From the NCBI GenBank assembly GCA_964016885.1, contig OZ024741.1, positions 50,406,001-50,470,000 of the forward strand: 64,000 nt of DNA. Reading direction: 5' to 3'. This stretch comes from Eledone cirrhosa (Eukaryota). The first letter of the stretch is position 1, and the number at the start of each line of letters is the position of its first letter. Below the pieces are notes generated by a model. The model did not search any database. It worked only from the letters and a program-made list of their open reading frames with translations, and had not been told where the DNA came from. Position numbers and translations under genes: made by a program. Shown here piece after piece: positions 38,631 to 51,954 of the stretch.

Positions 38631-41363
38631 GCAACATACTGTATTTTCCGCTCAATCTGCTATCAAATATTGCCCTACTGATATACAATGTAACCAGATC
38701 ACTTTAAATTGTGGGAGCACATTTTGGATAGTGTAGTCCTAAATACACAAGATAGGATTCCAAAAATCTCCAGCTTTGATATATGCAATAACACTAAGAA
38801 TAGATTAAAAGAAAATACTCCTGGTTATTTAAACATTTGTATTTGTTTTCACTGTTTGGGGATATTTGTGAATGTAGACTCAGATGGAATTAAAGAAAAG
38901 TAGAAGAGATATATGGTGCTCCTTGAATTTAGGGAGTGAATGGGATGGCAACATAGAAAGCAATGCATTTCTTGGAGCAGCTGGAGAAGTTGAAGAAGCA
39001 TTGATAAAGAGGGAAGGTGGGAGGGGCAATAGGAGTTGTGGGAGATATGTTAAAGGTAGCAGGAGTTTGGGGTTTGAAGTGGATGACAGAGATCAAGGTA
39101 AAAAGTGAAGATTGATGAAATGCAGTTTGGATTAATGCTGGGAATAGGAGTGACTGATGCAATTTATATTGTGGGGGCAATTACAGAAGTACATGGACAA
39201 AAGGAAGGATTTGTTTTGGGTGTTTGTTGATCTGGAGAAAGTAGTGACATAAGCATTAGGAGAAATGATTGGTTACGGTATTGAGGAGAATGTATAAAAG
39301 AACACATACAGTGGTGAGAACAAAGGATGGGAACAGTGATGGTTGGAATGAATCGGGTGTCAATATTAAGCCTACTACTATGGAGGTACTAGCTGAAAAA
39401 GTTGCTGTATGCAGATGGCCTGGTGTTAATAGTAGAAAGTATGGATAGAATGACATAGAAGGTGAATAGGTGGAAGGAATGTATGGAGGTAAAAGCTATA
39501 ACAGTGAATATCAGAGAGAACAGGAAATGTTACATTTAAGTATATGGAGGGAATTACAGATGGAGAGGATGTTGCGCTGGATCTTGGGAATGGTGTGAAA
39601 ACATTGTTACTTTGCAAACATATTCAATAGAGAGAGATTTGATTAGACTCTGTGACAGTATCTAGAGGGAGATGTGAATGGAAGAAGTTCTGGAAACTGA
39701 GGTGTGCTAATGAGAAATATGAGTGGCATAAGTGATGAGGGGGGGGGGGGGGGTCTGGTGGAGTATCACTGAGAGAGAGGAAGATAGACAATGAATAGAT
39801 CCACTGATGAATGTTGAAGAGGAATGAGACAGTTGGGTCATGTGTTAAGGAAGGATAATAGTACTTGGGTGCGAGTGAAATGAATGTGGAAGAAAGTAGA
39901 GGAAGGGGAAGATGAAGAAAGTCATCACTTGGAATGATGGAGGAAGAAAGGAAAGCCAGGAGGTTGGCAAGCTCCAATGCAAATGATAGGGAGGGGACTA
40001 ACCCCTGTTTTGACAGGAAAGATGGCCTTAAAATGCTTGCTGTTTCTTGAGAATATTTGTAATATATTAACTATGGTCCTTTTGTCTTTGTAGCTTATTG
40101 TTGAAATCACCAAGTTGGTGTGGACCACTTCCTAAAAACTAGCCTCAGCAAACAATTATGAAAACAAATAAAATTGTAAAGGACAATCATTCTCGTTCAT
40201 GTACCATAATTGGAACCAAACCATCGAGTGAGTTTTTCTATGGTCTGTTTTATCTATCTACCTAGCTATCTGCTTACCTGGTTAAATTTAGTATACTGAA
40301 ATTATTACTGGGGTCAATGTGATTGACTAAAACCTTCCCTAGCATAGCTATAGTTCTGCAGCCCCAAAAAGAATAAAAGAAATAAAAATGCCTTATTTTT
40401 GTTTGTAGACTTTGTTCAGTCCTATTTTCAAATAAAAAAAAAATAATAAATGGCCCTCCATTGGTTACTGCATTGAGTGTTCTGATTGTTTTGTCAAAGG
40501 AATGGCCTGTTCATTAAATTAGCATGTGAGTGGCTGAATATTCCACCAGCACCTGTTCTCTGAATGTAATTCTCAGGGAGATTCAACGTGACAAGGCTTA
40601 GCCTTTGAATTACATGTATAATCCATCTGATGGGCTTTCGTTTGGTTTCTCTTTAACTAATTTCACTCTAAAGACATGGGTTGATTTGATGCTATATTAA
40701 AAAGCACTTGCCCAAGATGCCATTCAGTGGGGCCAAACCCAGAACCTCATGATTGTGAAATGAACTTCTTAACCATTCAGCTATGCTACATCCTATTTAA
40801 ATAATTATTTCTACTATTGGCACACGGCCAGCAATTACCCAGTACATTACTGGTACTTTATTTTATCGACCCCGTAAGGATGAAAGGTAAAGTTAACCTC
40901 GGCGTCCGACCCTCTACCGATACTGCCAATTCACCATCCTATTTAAATAATGTTTGTATATTATACAAATCAAAGGTGATAATTTTTTTTAAAGCAAACA
41001 ACTTTATATTTTAACATAAAATTACTTATGGAACATATGAATGGAGAAATTATTTCATAGGACATCAACTAATTTACTATCAATGTTATCATACACACCA
41101 AAAAATTCTCAGTTACAAGTTATTCAATAAGTTTATACAATTGTTGTTGAATGCTGTGACCTTTACTCTCCATTTAATTATTTTAAAACATTGGACTTTG
41201 AATATCCAATATTCAGTGGCAGCACTGAAGTTTTAAATTATTATTATTATTATTATTCTGTACTTTAGACCTCATCCTTTCACCTGAATTCATTTAACTA
41301 TAGAGTTTACAATTAGAATACTTGTTATTTTTAGGTCATAGTCATCTCTAAAGCATTCCAGCT

Positions 41364-41409
41364 ATGGCCAGTGTGGCCAGAACTGTATGCTACAATCAAG
41401 ATGAAGATA
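41364..41409 (+). CDS. DBF4: DBF4 coding exon 1 (exon starts 41335)
   Basis: TTTTTAG acceptor; MASVARTVCYNQDED+A|GTATCT; in-frame upstream TAA; phase 1 matches the next exon. No conserved motif, so less certain. Confidence 0.55.
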
Positions 41410-42799
41410 GTATCTACTGACAACTCACCTTCTGCAAGAGGTTGATCAGTTCCAATATCTTCATCAACCAGGAATGGTGTCTTCAAATCCATTTAGCCAC
41501 AAAATCTCCATTATTTTTAGCACTCATTCGCACCATCCTTTTATTTGGATGAAATATGTTGTCAATAGAACAATGGAATTAAAACCAGTTCTGTATGAGC
41601 AAAATATGGTTATCGAACCTGGCTTTTCTTATACAATGGGGCAACTCGTCTAACCCATCCTAGTGTGGAAAAATGGATGTTAATATACCAGTTGTATATA
41701 TATATACAACTGCTATTGGTGTTCATGTCATCCAGCCATAGAAAACATGCTAGATAAAGGGTCGGGAGGACCCTCCAGTTGTATCAAGGGCATGACAACC
41801 TCCCTAGTGTTGATGATTTACATGATAAACACACTCAGAATACACTGTAAAGTGGTTGGTGTTAGGAAAGGCATCCAGTCATAGAAATCTCATCAAACAA
41901 AGAGTTGGGAGGACCCTCAGTTGTGTTAAAGGCATGACAACCTCTCTTGATGGAATGTGAGACCGGATCCCTGGCTTGCTTGGTAGATCAGTGGCTCTGC
42001 TTCAGTACGGACTTGGTCTATATAGACCCGTCCAATCCTTGCCAGCAGGGAAAGTGGACATTAAAACGACAATGAGGATGTTATTACAGAATGCAGTATG
42101 TCTTTTCTATTTTTAACATAGATGCTGGTGCCATGATAAAATGAACTTAGTGTCCTCTATAAAGTGGTAGTGCTGATTTCATGATAAACCACACCTAGTA
42201 CATCCTGTAAGATGGTTGATGTTAGGAGGACTGTCCAATCCTAGACACTATATACCAAATATGGAACATATGAGCTAGGTGAAATCTGTCCAACCTGTCT
42301 AGTCTCTGTGACAATCTGTATAACTCATGCCACCATGGAAGGTAGACAAAATGATCATGAAGTGGGAATGGACTCTATATCAGGTGTTTACAAATATCTG
42401 TGTATCAGTTAACATGTTTCTATATTTGTGTTGAGTTTTAGAAGTTTCTAATCTCATTACAGCGCCTAGCCTACACTGTAAAGTGGTCAAGTAGGTAACA
42501 CGACAAAAAGCGCCCAGCTCACTCTGTCAGGTGGTCATGTAGGTGACACGATAAAAAGTGACCAGCCCACACTGTAAAGGGGTAATGTAGGTGTTACAAT
42601 GAAAAGCACCCAGCACTCACTGTAAATGTGGTTGGTATTAGGGAGGGCAGCCAGTCATAGAAACCAAGTCAAAACCAGTTCTGTATGAGCAAAATATGGT
42701 TATCGAACCTGGCTTTTCTTACAATGGGGCAACTCGTCTAACCCATCCTAGTGTGGAAAAATAGATATTAAACAGTGATGATGATGATTTCTATTCTAG

Positions 42800-42936
42800 C
42801 TTCAGGTGAATGCCCAAATAGCAGACGAAAGCTTGAATTCAAAAACAAACTTCCACTTGAAGGTAAAAGGATTTATCTTGATTTAAGAGGATTAAAACAG
42901 AGGAATGTTGAAGATAGTTTGAGCAAATTTGGAGCT
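42800..42936 (+). CDS. DBF4: DBF4 coding exon 2 (motif N / BRCT-like, first half)
   Basis: SGECPNSRRKLEFKNKLPLEGKRIYLDLRGLKQRNVEDSLSKFGA|GTAAGT. Confidence 0.88.
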
Positions 42937-43242
42937 GTAAGTATGTTACTATTTGCTTACATGTGTTAAATTTTACCAGTCACTATGTCTCCATGTGTTA
43001 AGCTTCATTCACTATAACTCTCCATATTTTTTAATTTCACTCAATATGTCTGTTGAAATTTACTCAGTATATGTCTACATATGTTCCGTTTTACTCAGTA
43101 TATTTCTATGTTGAATTTCTCACAATACAAGGTTCAGCTGAAAAGTTCATAGGCTGACCATGATACTCTCATGAGATGTGGCCGAATGACGTTGATTTTT
43201 CAACATCATTTTAAATATTAATTTTGTATTTGTTCTTTTTAG

Positions 43243-43416
43243 ATTGTTGAAAAATTCCTCAGCAAAGAGATTCATTACTTTGTTACTGATCAGTCAAAAA
43301 TAAAAGAGAAAAATGATGATCAAAATACATCAGGAAGCCCTAGTGTGTATGTGTCAAGCCCATTCAACAGTGGCCAAACCCCATCCCCTTCAACTTTTGA
43401 TAAAAGAGCCCTCTCG
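43243..43416 (+). CDS. DBF4: DBF4 coding exon 3 (motif N, second half)
   Basis: TTTTTAG|IVEKFLSKEIHYFVTD...SPFNSGQTPSPSTFDKRALS|GTATGT; 174 nt, phase 0-0. Confidence 0.9.
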
Positions 43417-44690
43417 GTATGTCTGTTTTTCTTCATCTTTCTTATTCTTATAGTGCTGCTTATGTTCAGCCTCAACTCTCCTCTTCCTGTTATAATTATC
43501 ACTTTCTGGCTTGTGGGAGCACTCAGCAGCTAATTGCCAGTTCCAATAGAGTGTTGGATCAAATATCTTGCTGTGTTCAAATCTCCTTTTGGTTTCATCT
43601 TTCCGGAGTCAGTATATATAAAGTGCCAATCCAGGGTGGATTGGTGGAATTGTTAGAACGTCAGACTAGATGCTTTTTCCTGTATTTGTGTTGGCTCTGT
43701 ACATTCTAAGTTCAAATCCTGCCTTTTGTCATTAACCCTTCTGTTACTATATTTCAATATCCATGCCAGAATGGAATGTATGTGTGAGACAAGGTGATGA
43801 TGATTAGAAATTTAACTTTCTCGTTGTTTATCTGCTGTACATAACAAAGTTTCTTGCATAGAATTATGATTGAAGGTTAAATATAAACACTTTAAAACAG
43901 AGTTTTGTAAACAAACAATGTACGTAAGCTGAATTCTAGGACTTTTAAGTGCTGAGAATATATATAAAGGATGATGTGTTCAAGTGCATAGATGCTATAA
44001 AATAGGGTGAAAACCATTAAAAGATGGAAACAGAAGTTGCCATTGGTCGCTTATGTGGGATTGAACCCCATATCCAGATACCGGCACTTTAACCATGACA
44101 GCCTTTCCACCGTCTTTTTAACTAGATAACTGGACAATGATTTGGTATCATTAAACACCTAAAAAAAATAAACCTCTTATTAGATGTAACCTCATGAGTG
44201 GTTGACTAAGTTTACACAGATGGAAGCTGTAACTACACGATAGGCCTGTTTTCCTGCAGATATTCAGGCTGGGTATCAACCTCATCAATGTGAGGTCTTG
44301 GGCACTGACCCTCTTCCACTTGCTAACTTATTTTTAAAAAATCTGTATTGTGTGTGTGAGATGCCCAGGTTCCTCTTGAGAACTCCCTTTTCTTAGTAGG
44401 ATGGTTCTTAACTGCCAGCAAGTAATGATTACAAGAATGGAGGTAGTAATTTGTGACAAGCTGAACAGTGTCATGATTTGCTGCTGAGTAACTGCTGGAA
44501 AGTGATGACATTTTTATGTTTATAATTGGTAACATTATCATCATCCTTTTTGCACCTGATTTTTCCATGCTGACATGTGTTGGACAGGACTTTTACTTTG
44601 TTTTACAGCCAGGTGTCCTTCTTGATGCAAACCATTTTAGTCGCTTCTTACATTACGCAGGAATACAGTGTACCTATTCTAAAAACTGAG

Positions 44691-45036
44691 ATCATCATCA
44701 TCATCATTTCATTTTACGTCCGCTTTTTCCCTGCTTGCAAGGGTGGGACGGGAACTGACTCTGGCTTGATTTCTACAGCTGGATGCCCTTCCTAACACCA
44801 ACCTCATTTACAGTGAGTGCTGGGGTGCTTTTTTGCCGTGGCACCTCCACAACCACTTTGCAGTGGAATGATAGGGACCCCAGTCCCTATCATCTCATTT
44901 CTACAGCTGAGTAAACTGGAGCAATGGGAAATAAAGTGTCTTGCTCAGGTAAACAACACATTACCCGGTCTGAGAATTGAACTCACAACCTTTCGATTGC
45001 AAGGCCAATGCTCTAACCACTAAGCCATGTGCCTCC
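44691..45036 (-). mobile_element. tRNA-CORE-RTE SINE
   Basis: Reverse-complement copy of 53207-53548. Confidence 0.85.
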
Positions 45037-46302
45037 ATGGTATTGAGATAAAATTGCTATCACTGTTACTACTGTCATCAACACCAGCAGTTTGGTCAGA
45101 TGTTTTATTTGGCAGTCAAATAATGTAACATTGATGGAGAAATTTTTTAGTTTAGCAAATTGCTATGCTATGAGTGATTCCAGTTCTGTACATTCTACAA
45201 AGCTGTATCTGACATGTTTATATACACCACCTCAACCTGTGTTGGCACTCATTCAACTTTATTTCGTGTGGATTCACAATCAAAATATTCAAAAGTTCAA
45301 TAATTTGCCAAATAATAACAGAAAACTTCTCTGGAGATTTCTGACATAAACTTGAGGCACAGCCGTGGAAGTGTGTCAAAGATATTTGCTTACACAATTA
45401 CGTAGTTCCGGTGTTGATCTCACTGTGTGGCAGCCCTTGTATCAATTGAAGCAATGAAATTTGATACATAGAAATTGTGGAAACCTGTCAGACTGACCTT
45501 GCTGCCTGTCTTAGATGGTATGTTTTATCATTATCATACCAAACCATCTGAAACTATCTGGTTTTATGACACAAAGCTGTCCTGAAGTGTTTATATTTTT
45601 CTAAAAACCTCCCCTCATAATTTTGTGTACCATTAAAGTTATGTTCAAAACATCAGAATAATAATGAGAAGATTCTTAATTATTTAAAAGTCATAAGTGA
45701 TATATTTCATTAGAAATAAACTAATAAAAGGGTTAATCTGTCATCTGGGGTAAATACATCTAACACCTCGCTGTTAGATGTATTTAACAGAGGTCAGCTT
45801 TCTGATCACAGAAAAGAGTCAATGATGCCATCCTTCTTCCTTTGATTAAACCATTATAATGGGTTGCGACAACATTTTGTTGGAGAGGATGGATATAGGT
45901 GATTGTATCAACCCTGTAATTCTGTACTTTTATGTATCTCCCTCCCGAAAAGAACGTAAAGCATTTTTGACATGGGAAGGGGTGTTGCAATCAGAATCTT
46001 AAACAGTGGGACTATGGAAGTAGAAGACTACAAGGTAGTCTGGCATTCTACTGATTCTATCAATGCTGTGTTCTATTCATGTTTCTATCATTGGTATAAG
46101 ACCAGCAATATCAACGCTAGTACTTAACTGATGCTTTATCAACCCTCTGAAGGATAATATGAAAAGTTGTCCTTGGTGGGATTTGAACTCAGAACGTAAA
46201 TACCCGTAACTAAATTCTGCAAAGCATTTTTTCCGATGCTCTACTGATTTTGCCTATCCACCACTGTCACTGTCCTATTAATAATAATAATAATAATTGT
46301 TT

Positions 46303-46502
46303 NNNNNNNNNNNNNNNNNNNNNNNNNNNNNNNNNNNNNNNNNNNNNNNNNNNNNNNNNNNNNNNNNNNNNNNNNNNNNNNNNNNNNNNNNNNNNNNNNN
46401 NNNNNNNNNNNNNNNNNNNNNNNNNNNNNNNNNNNNNNNNNNNNNNNNNNNNNNNNNNNNNNNNNNNNNNNNNNNNNNNNNNNNNNNNNNNNNNNNNNNN
46501 NN
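46303..46502. other. Assembly gap (200 N)
   Basis: Run of N. Confidence 1.
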
Positions 46503-47764
46503 TGTTTGCTAAAAATCTATACATATATTCTGTAGTACAATATAACATAAGTTGAACATTTTTCTCATTATCCTCTTCGCCATTGTTGTTTGTTCTGTCC
46601 AAACCAGAGGGAGTGAGAGAAGTAAAATGTGTTGTTATGACTATGTGGCCATAAATACACACCTTACCTCCAAGAATCATTGTACTTTGTACCTTACACC
46701 TCTAGGTAAATTGAAGTAAACAGAGTAATGGTTGTAGTAAGGATTGAGCTCTTGAGAATTAGGTCATTAGTCCAGCACCTAGTGGACATTAACAGCAAAA
46801 TGGAAAATATACAATACTTTCATTCTTTATTTTATATTAATAAACATAAATGCTTGTCCTATTATTTTATTATCATCATCATTTTTACACCCATATTCTA
46901 TGACTGGATACCCCTTCCAGATACCAAACCCTATTTTTAAATACAATATTTATTCCACTGGTCATCATCTGAGGAATTGCTATGTTATGGAACATTAACA
47001 AAGAAGGAGGCAATCAGAAACACACATTATATATATATATATGTGTGTGTGTGTGTATGCCATCATTATCGTTTAGCGTCTGCTTTCCAATGACGATCAG
47101 CTTTCACAAAGCTTCTGTCTATCAAATTCACCCACAAGGCATTGATCAACTTGAGGCTATAATAGAAGACACTTATCCAAGGGATCACACAATATCACAC
47201 CATGTGGTTGCGAGGTCAATTTTTTAACCATACAGCCATGCATGTGCCTATAATTATTGTTCTGTTATATTCTCTGTCATCATGCCATCCAGTTTGATGG
47301 TGATTATGAATTAATTTTGACAAGATTGTCTAATTCCTCCAATCATATATTACCTATGTAGTGATATTGTGGTTCTCTAGAAATTCCATAGAAATAAGGA
47401 TGGACACATTTGGAGATTCAATCACACTCCATGGCACCTGGGGAAGGTGTCTTTTATTATAGCCTCAAGTGGAACAATGCCTTGTGAGTAAAATTTGTTA
47501 GATGAGAACTGTGTGTGAGCCCGTCATTTACACATATGTGTGTGCTGGTGTCTGCTTTTACGTTAACAGTTCAACAAAAACGCGATTGATAAAATAAGTA
47601 CCATACTTGAAATAAAGTACTGAGGTCAATACAATTAACTAAAATCCCTTGAAGGTAGTGCTTCAGTATGACTGCAGCTTGATGAATGAAACCAGTAAAA
47701 GAATGTGTTGGTACATAATCTCTTTAAGGTTTGATCTCATTATCCTAGTTATTTTTTTTTTTAG

Positions 47765-47822
47765 CCTGAGAACATTGTTGACAAAGCAAGAAAACTGGGT
47801 GTAAAGATTGTACCTTATACAA
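47765..47822 (+). CDS. DBF4: DBF4 coding exon
   Basis: poly-T AG|PENIVDKARKLGVKIVPYT+A|GTAAGT; resembles vertebrate ILSNALSWGVKI. Confidence 0.85.
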
Positions 47823-48525
47823 GTAAGTGGGTTCAAATCTGATAATTATGTTCTTTCAGCCTTCTGAAGTCAATAAAATAAATATTAGTCAAGTACTGTG
47901 CCTTTCATCAAAGTTTACCTTGCCTTTCATCCATTTGAAGTTGATAAAAAAAAGTACCAGTCTTGTACTATGGTTTATTCTTCCTCTATATCCATTTCTC
48001 ACTTCCATTCCCACACTCTCTATCCTTCTCTGGAAGAAATCAGCTGTAGTCAGACCTAGAGAGATGGGCTTTACCAGGTTTAAAAATGTCTTAAAAAATT
48101 GTGTCAATATGGAGCCCCTACAACTCTCTCAGGGGTTATGGGGAAAAACTGCTGTAGAGTTGAGCTGGTTTCTTTTTAGTATACAGGGAACTTTATAGAC
48201 GAAGTGAAGATACTCGACCTAGTGATAAAGGTGGTTGTGAGCTTGATGCCCAAACCAGACCATGCACTGTATCCTTGAGACAGCCACTTTATTTTCACGT
48301 TGTTCTAGTTGTTCAGCTGGAAAAAATGAGCCCCAGCATCAGCTGCAAGTTAACACCAATGAAACCAGGATAAGCCCTAGCTTGGTGAACCTCTCAGCAA
48401 GGTAGAGGTGTTTAGCTGAATGGGAATATCAATCAATAAATACTGAAAATGTGAGGTACTACCATTTATTAGTGTGAGCAATAATTGTCTATATGCTTCA
48501 GCTTCGGCTTGTTCCTGTGGGGAGT

Positions 48526-49955
48526 CAAGTCTTCTGTATTACTGCGTGGCGCCAGAGGTCACGGCTATGTGTCATTGCCCTTGAGAGGTGCAATTGGGTA
48601 AGGTCAGCCTTTATCACCTCATCCCAGGTCTTCTTGGGTCTCCCCACTCCGTGACTTCCATCGACTTCTAGTGCTCTGCACCTTTTTATGCAGCTGTCAT
48701 CCTTCATACGCATCACATGTCCATACCAATGTAACCTCCTCTCCTGCACACAGCATTTGATTCCTCTTATGCTCAGTCTCTCTCTCAATTCGTTTATACT
48801 TTGCCGTTCGTGTATATTACTATTACACATCCATCGGAGCATGCAGGCTCCGTTTCTTTCTAATCTGCGCAAGTCTTCTACAGACAGTGCCCAGGTTTCA
48901 CTTCCATGTAACATTGCTGTTCGTATACACGCATCATACAATCTGCCTTTCATTTTGAGAGAAAAGCCTTTTGTAGCTCGCAGTGGTAGTAGCTCTCTGA
49001 ACTTCTTCCATCCCGTTCTTACCCTAGTTATTGTACTTTCCAAACACCCACCTTCGCTGCTAATTTGGTTACCTAGGTAGCAGAAACTGTCTACTGTTTC
49101 TACAGAGCCCTTTCAGAGTTTGGTGGTGCTTGTTTCTTGTGGTCGTTTGTTGCTTACTGTCCCAGCGCAGCTGCTACATATGAAGCCTACATTCTTAGTT
49201 AAACTTCCTGAGATTCCACTACATCTCTTATGTACCCGTTGTTTGCATTTGGGGAAGAGGATGGAGTTCCTACATAGTGAGCAAGGCCATTTCCCTGAGG
49301 GGATCTGGGTTCTGTTTTCTCGTCTACTTACAAGAACCTTAGTCTTTCTCAGTTTGACTTTGAGACCCTTTCTTTCTAGTCCCTACTTCCATGTTTGGAA
49401 TTTCTTCTCTAATTCCACCATAGATTCAGCTATAAGTGCGAGATCATCCGCATATAGGAGTTCCCATGGGCATCCGGTCTTAAACTCCTCCGTTATTGCC
49501 TGTAAAATTATAATGAACAGGAGAGGTCTAAGAACAGAACCCTGGTGGACACCGACCTGTATGCTAAATTCCTCGCTATATTCATTGCTAACTCTAACTT
49601 TGCTGACTGCTTCTCTATACATGGCTTGTACAGCTTTCACAAGCCTACTCCTAACTTTCTAAGAGCTCACCAGATTATAGCACGGGGGACTCTGTCGAAA
49701 GCTTTTTCCAGATTGACGAATGCCAAGTAGAGTGGCTTACTTTTAGCTAGGTACTTTTCCTGGTACAAACCCAAATTGCATCTCATCTAGTTTCACCCGG
49801 TCCCTAATCAACTGTGCTATAACTCTTTCCGTTACTTTCATGACCTAGTCCATCAGCTTTATACCTCTATAGTTTCCTCTATCGAGTGCATCACCTTTAC
49901 CTTTGTAGCAGTTGACAATGATGCTGCTGCACCAATCCTTTGGTATGATACCCTT
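48526..49955 (-). mobile_element. RTE LINE fragment
   Basis: ORFs 49383-49640 (GVHQGSVL, ELLYADDL) and 48525-49043. Confidence 0.92.
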
Positions 49956-50447
49956 TATATATATATATACATATAAGTATAAAGATAGCTTATAAAATAA
50001 GGTGAATGGATCACATGGTATGTGTTCTAAGCTATGGTTATTTGTATTTTTGAAGTGTGGTAGTGGGTTTTTTTATGTTAGACACTAAGTGTTGCGATCT
50101 AGTCTGTTGTTGATTTGGGGTTTGAATTTGACTGTTAGAATAGATTCTTTGCGTCTGAGATTGCCTGTATTCCTATCCCTGGCTTTGATAGTGACTGTGA
50201 TATCTTTGTGTTTCTTGAAGGATGGTGAGTGTGTTTTGACATGGATGTGTAGTAGTCTGATCATATTGTCAATGTAAAAATCACTGCATTTGCTGTATTG
50301 GATATGGTGTAGCATGTAGTCTGTTTACAAATCAAGCAGTTCATCGACATGCATCGCTTTATGACATCTTCAAGCCATTTTTTTTTTATAAGCATTTCTG
50401 CAGTGGGGGACTAGTGTGGGCTGGCTGCATATCTAATCCCTCCCTCC

Positions 50448-50748
50448 TCATCATCATCATCACCATTTTATGTCCGTTCTTCCATGCTAACATGGGTTAG
50501 ACGGGTTGTCCTGTTGTGGGCAGTGTCTGGTCGGCTGACCATGCCTTGCTCATACAGGAACTGATTTTGGCTTGATTTCTACAGCTGGATGCCCTTCCTA
50601 ACACCAACCTCATTTACAGTGAGTGCTGGGTGCTTTTTTTCCGTGGCGCCTACACGTCGACTTTACAGTGTGGGCTGGGTGCCCTTTTGCCGTGGCACCT
50701 CCACGACCACTGCAAAGTGGTCGTGGAGGTGCCACGGCAAAAAAGCAT
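50448..50748 (-). mobile_element. RTE 3' UTR fragment ending in a fold-back
   Basis: Reverse complement of 52940-53199, plus a 27-bp hairpin at 50685-50742. Confidence 0.8.
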
Positions 50749-51912
50749 TATTGTGGATTACTATTGTTCTCTTGTTGATGTGTGGCAACTTGGGGAAGTA
50801 TTTTGAAGAGATCTTGTGTTTCCTGGGTTTTGGGCTCTAAAAATGACTGGTGGTAGATGCTGGAGATCCATTGGTGTCTAGCACTTTTCAGAAATGTGTA
50901 AAATGTCATTGATTCAACTGAAGAACCCTCTCTAGGGGGTGGAAAAATTTGGCAGAGCAGTGAATGGTAAGTTGGGGAGTTACCTCTGGAAGTGTGGGAG
51001 GTACTAAGTGGCTATGACCCGATATGTCAGGGTTTTAGAGGGAGAGTAAGTGGTGGGGGACGTTGGTTAGCATGAGTGTTAGAATTTCGGAGGAATGGAG
51101 GTGATCCTAGATAGAGTTGGGTGTGCAGTGATGCTTAGTAAACCTACTATGGTGATGGGGGCAGGGCAATGATAGTGATGATAACTACTATGGGGTTATA
51201 ATAGGAAGTGAGAGGAGGCATATAGAGGGGTTATGCCAGGTTATGTTTAACTATTAAGTGGTGATAGTGGGAGTTATGGATATATCAGGTCAGATCGAGT
51301 TTTAGGCAGGCAAGCACTGCTTCATCCCATGTCCTGAGTCTGCTACCATGTGTTCCATTCACTAAGATTTTTCTGCACTTTTTTTATACAGCTGTCATCT
51401 TCATATGCATCTCTTGTTCATACTAGTGCAGTATTCTCTTGCATACAACATGCAATACCTTTTATGCTGAGTTTACTTATGCTATGTTGGTCATATATGT
51501 GTGTGTATATTACGTATGTACGTATATATATATATAGCATTATCATCTTGGCTTTCGTGTTGATTTTTCCATTGGGCATGGGTTGTACAGGACTTTTTGA
51601 GGCAATGTTTTACAGCCAGATGCCTTTCCTGACACCAACCTTTTTTTGTTGTTCCTCACAGGGATATGATGTACCTATTCTAAACTGGGTATTCATGACC
51701 TGTGTGTGTGTGTATATATATATACACACACACACACACACAGTGAGATGCAAGCCCACAGTCCATCTGGAGTGCTGGCTAAATCTGTCAAGGCCCGTTT
51801 GATTCATTAAATGTTGATATGTGTGTGTGTGTGTATGCATGGATATGTTTGTATATATATATATATATATATAGATTCATAGTTTGTATATATATATATA
51901 TAGATTCATAGT

Positions 51913-51951
<39 letters not shown>

Positions 51952-51954
<3 letters not shown>

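Noticed and set aside
43732-45737. TTAACCCTT ... AAGGGTTAA as one piggyBac element
   Set aside because: TIR match is too short and no second copy is available to define the ends.
46598-46635. QTRGSERSK as the missing DBF4 SRG exon
   Set aside because: No suitable in-phase acceptor or donor, and no further similarity.
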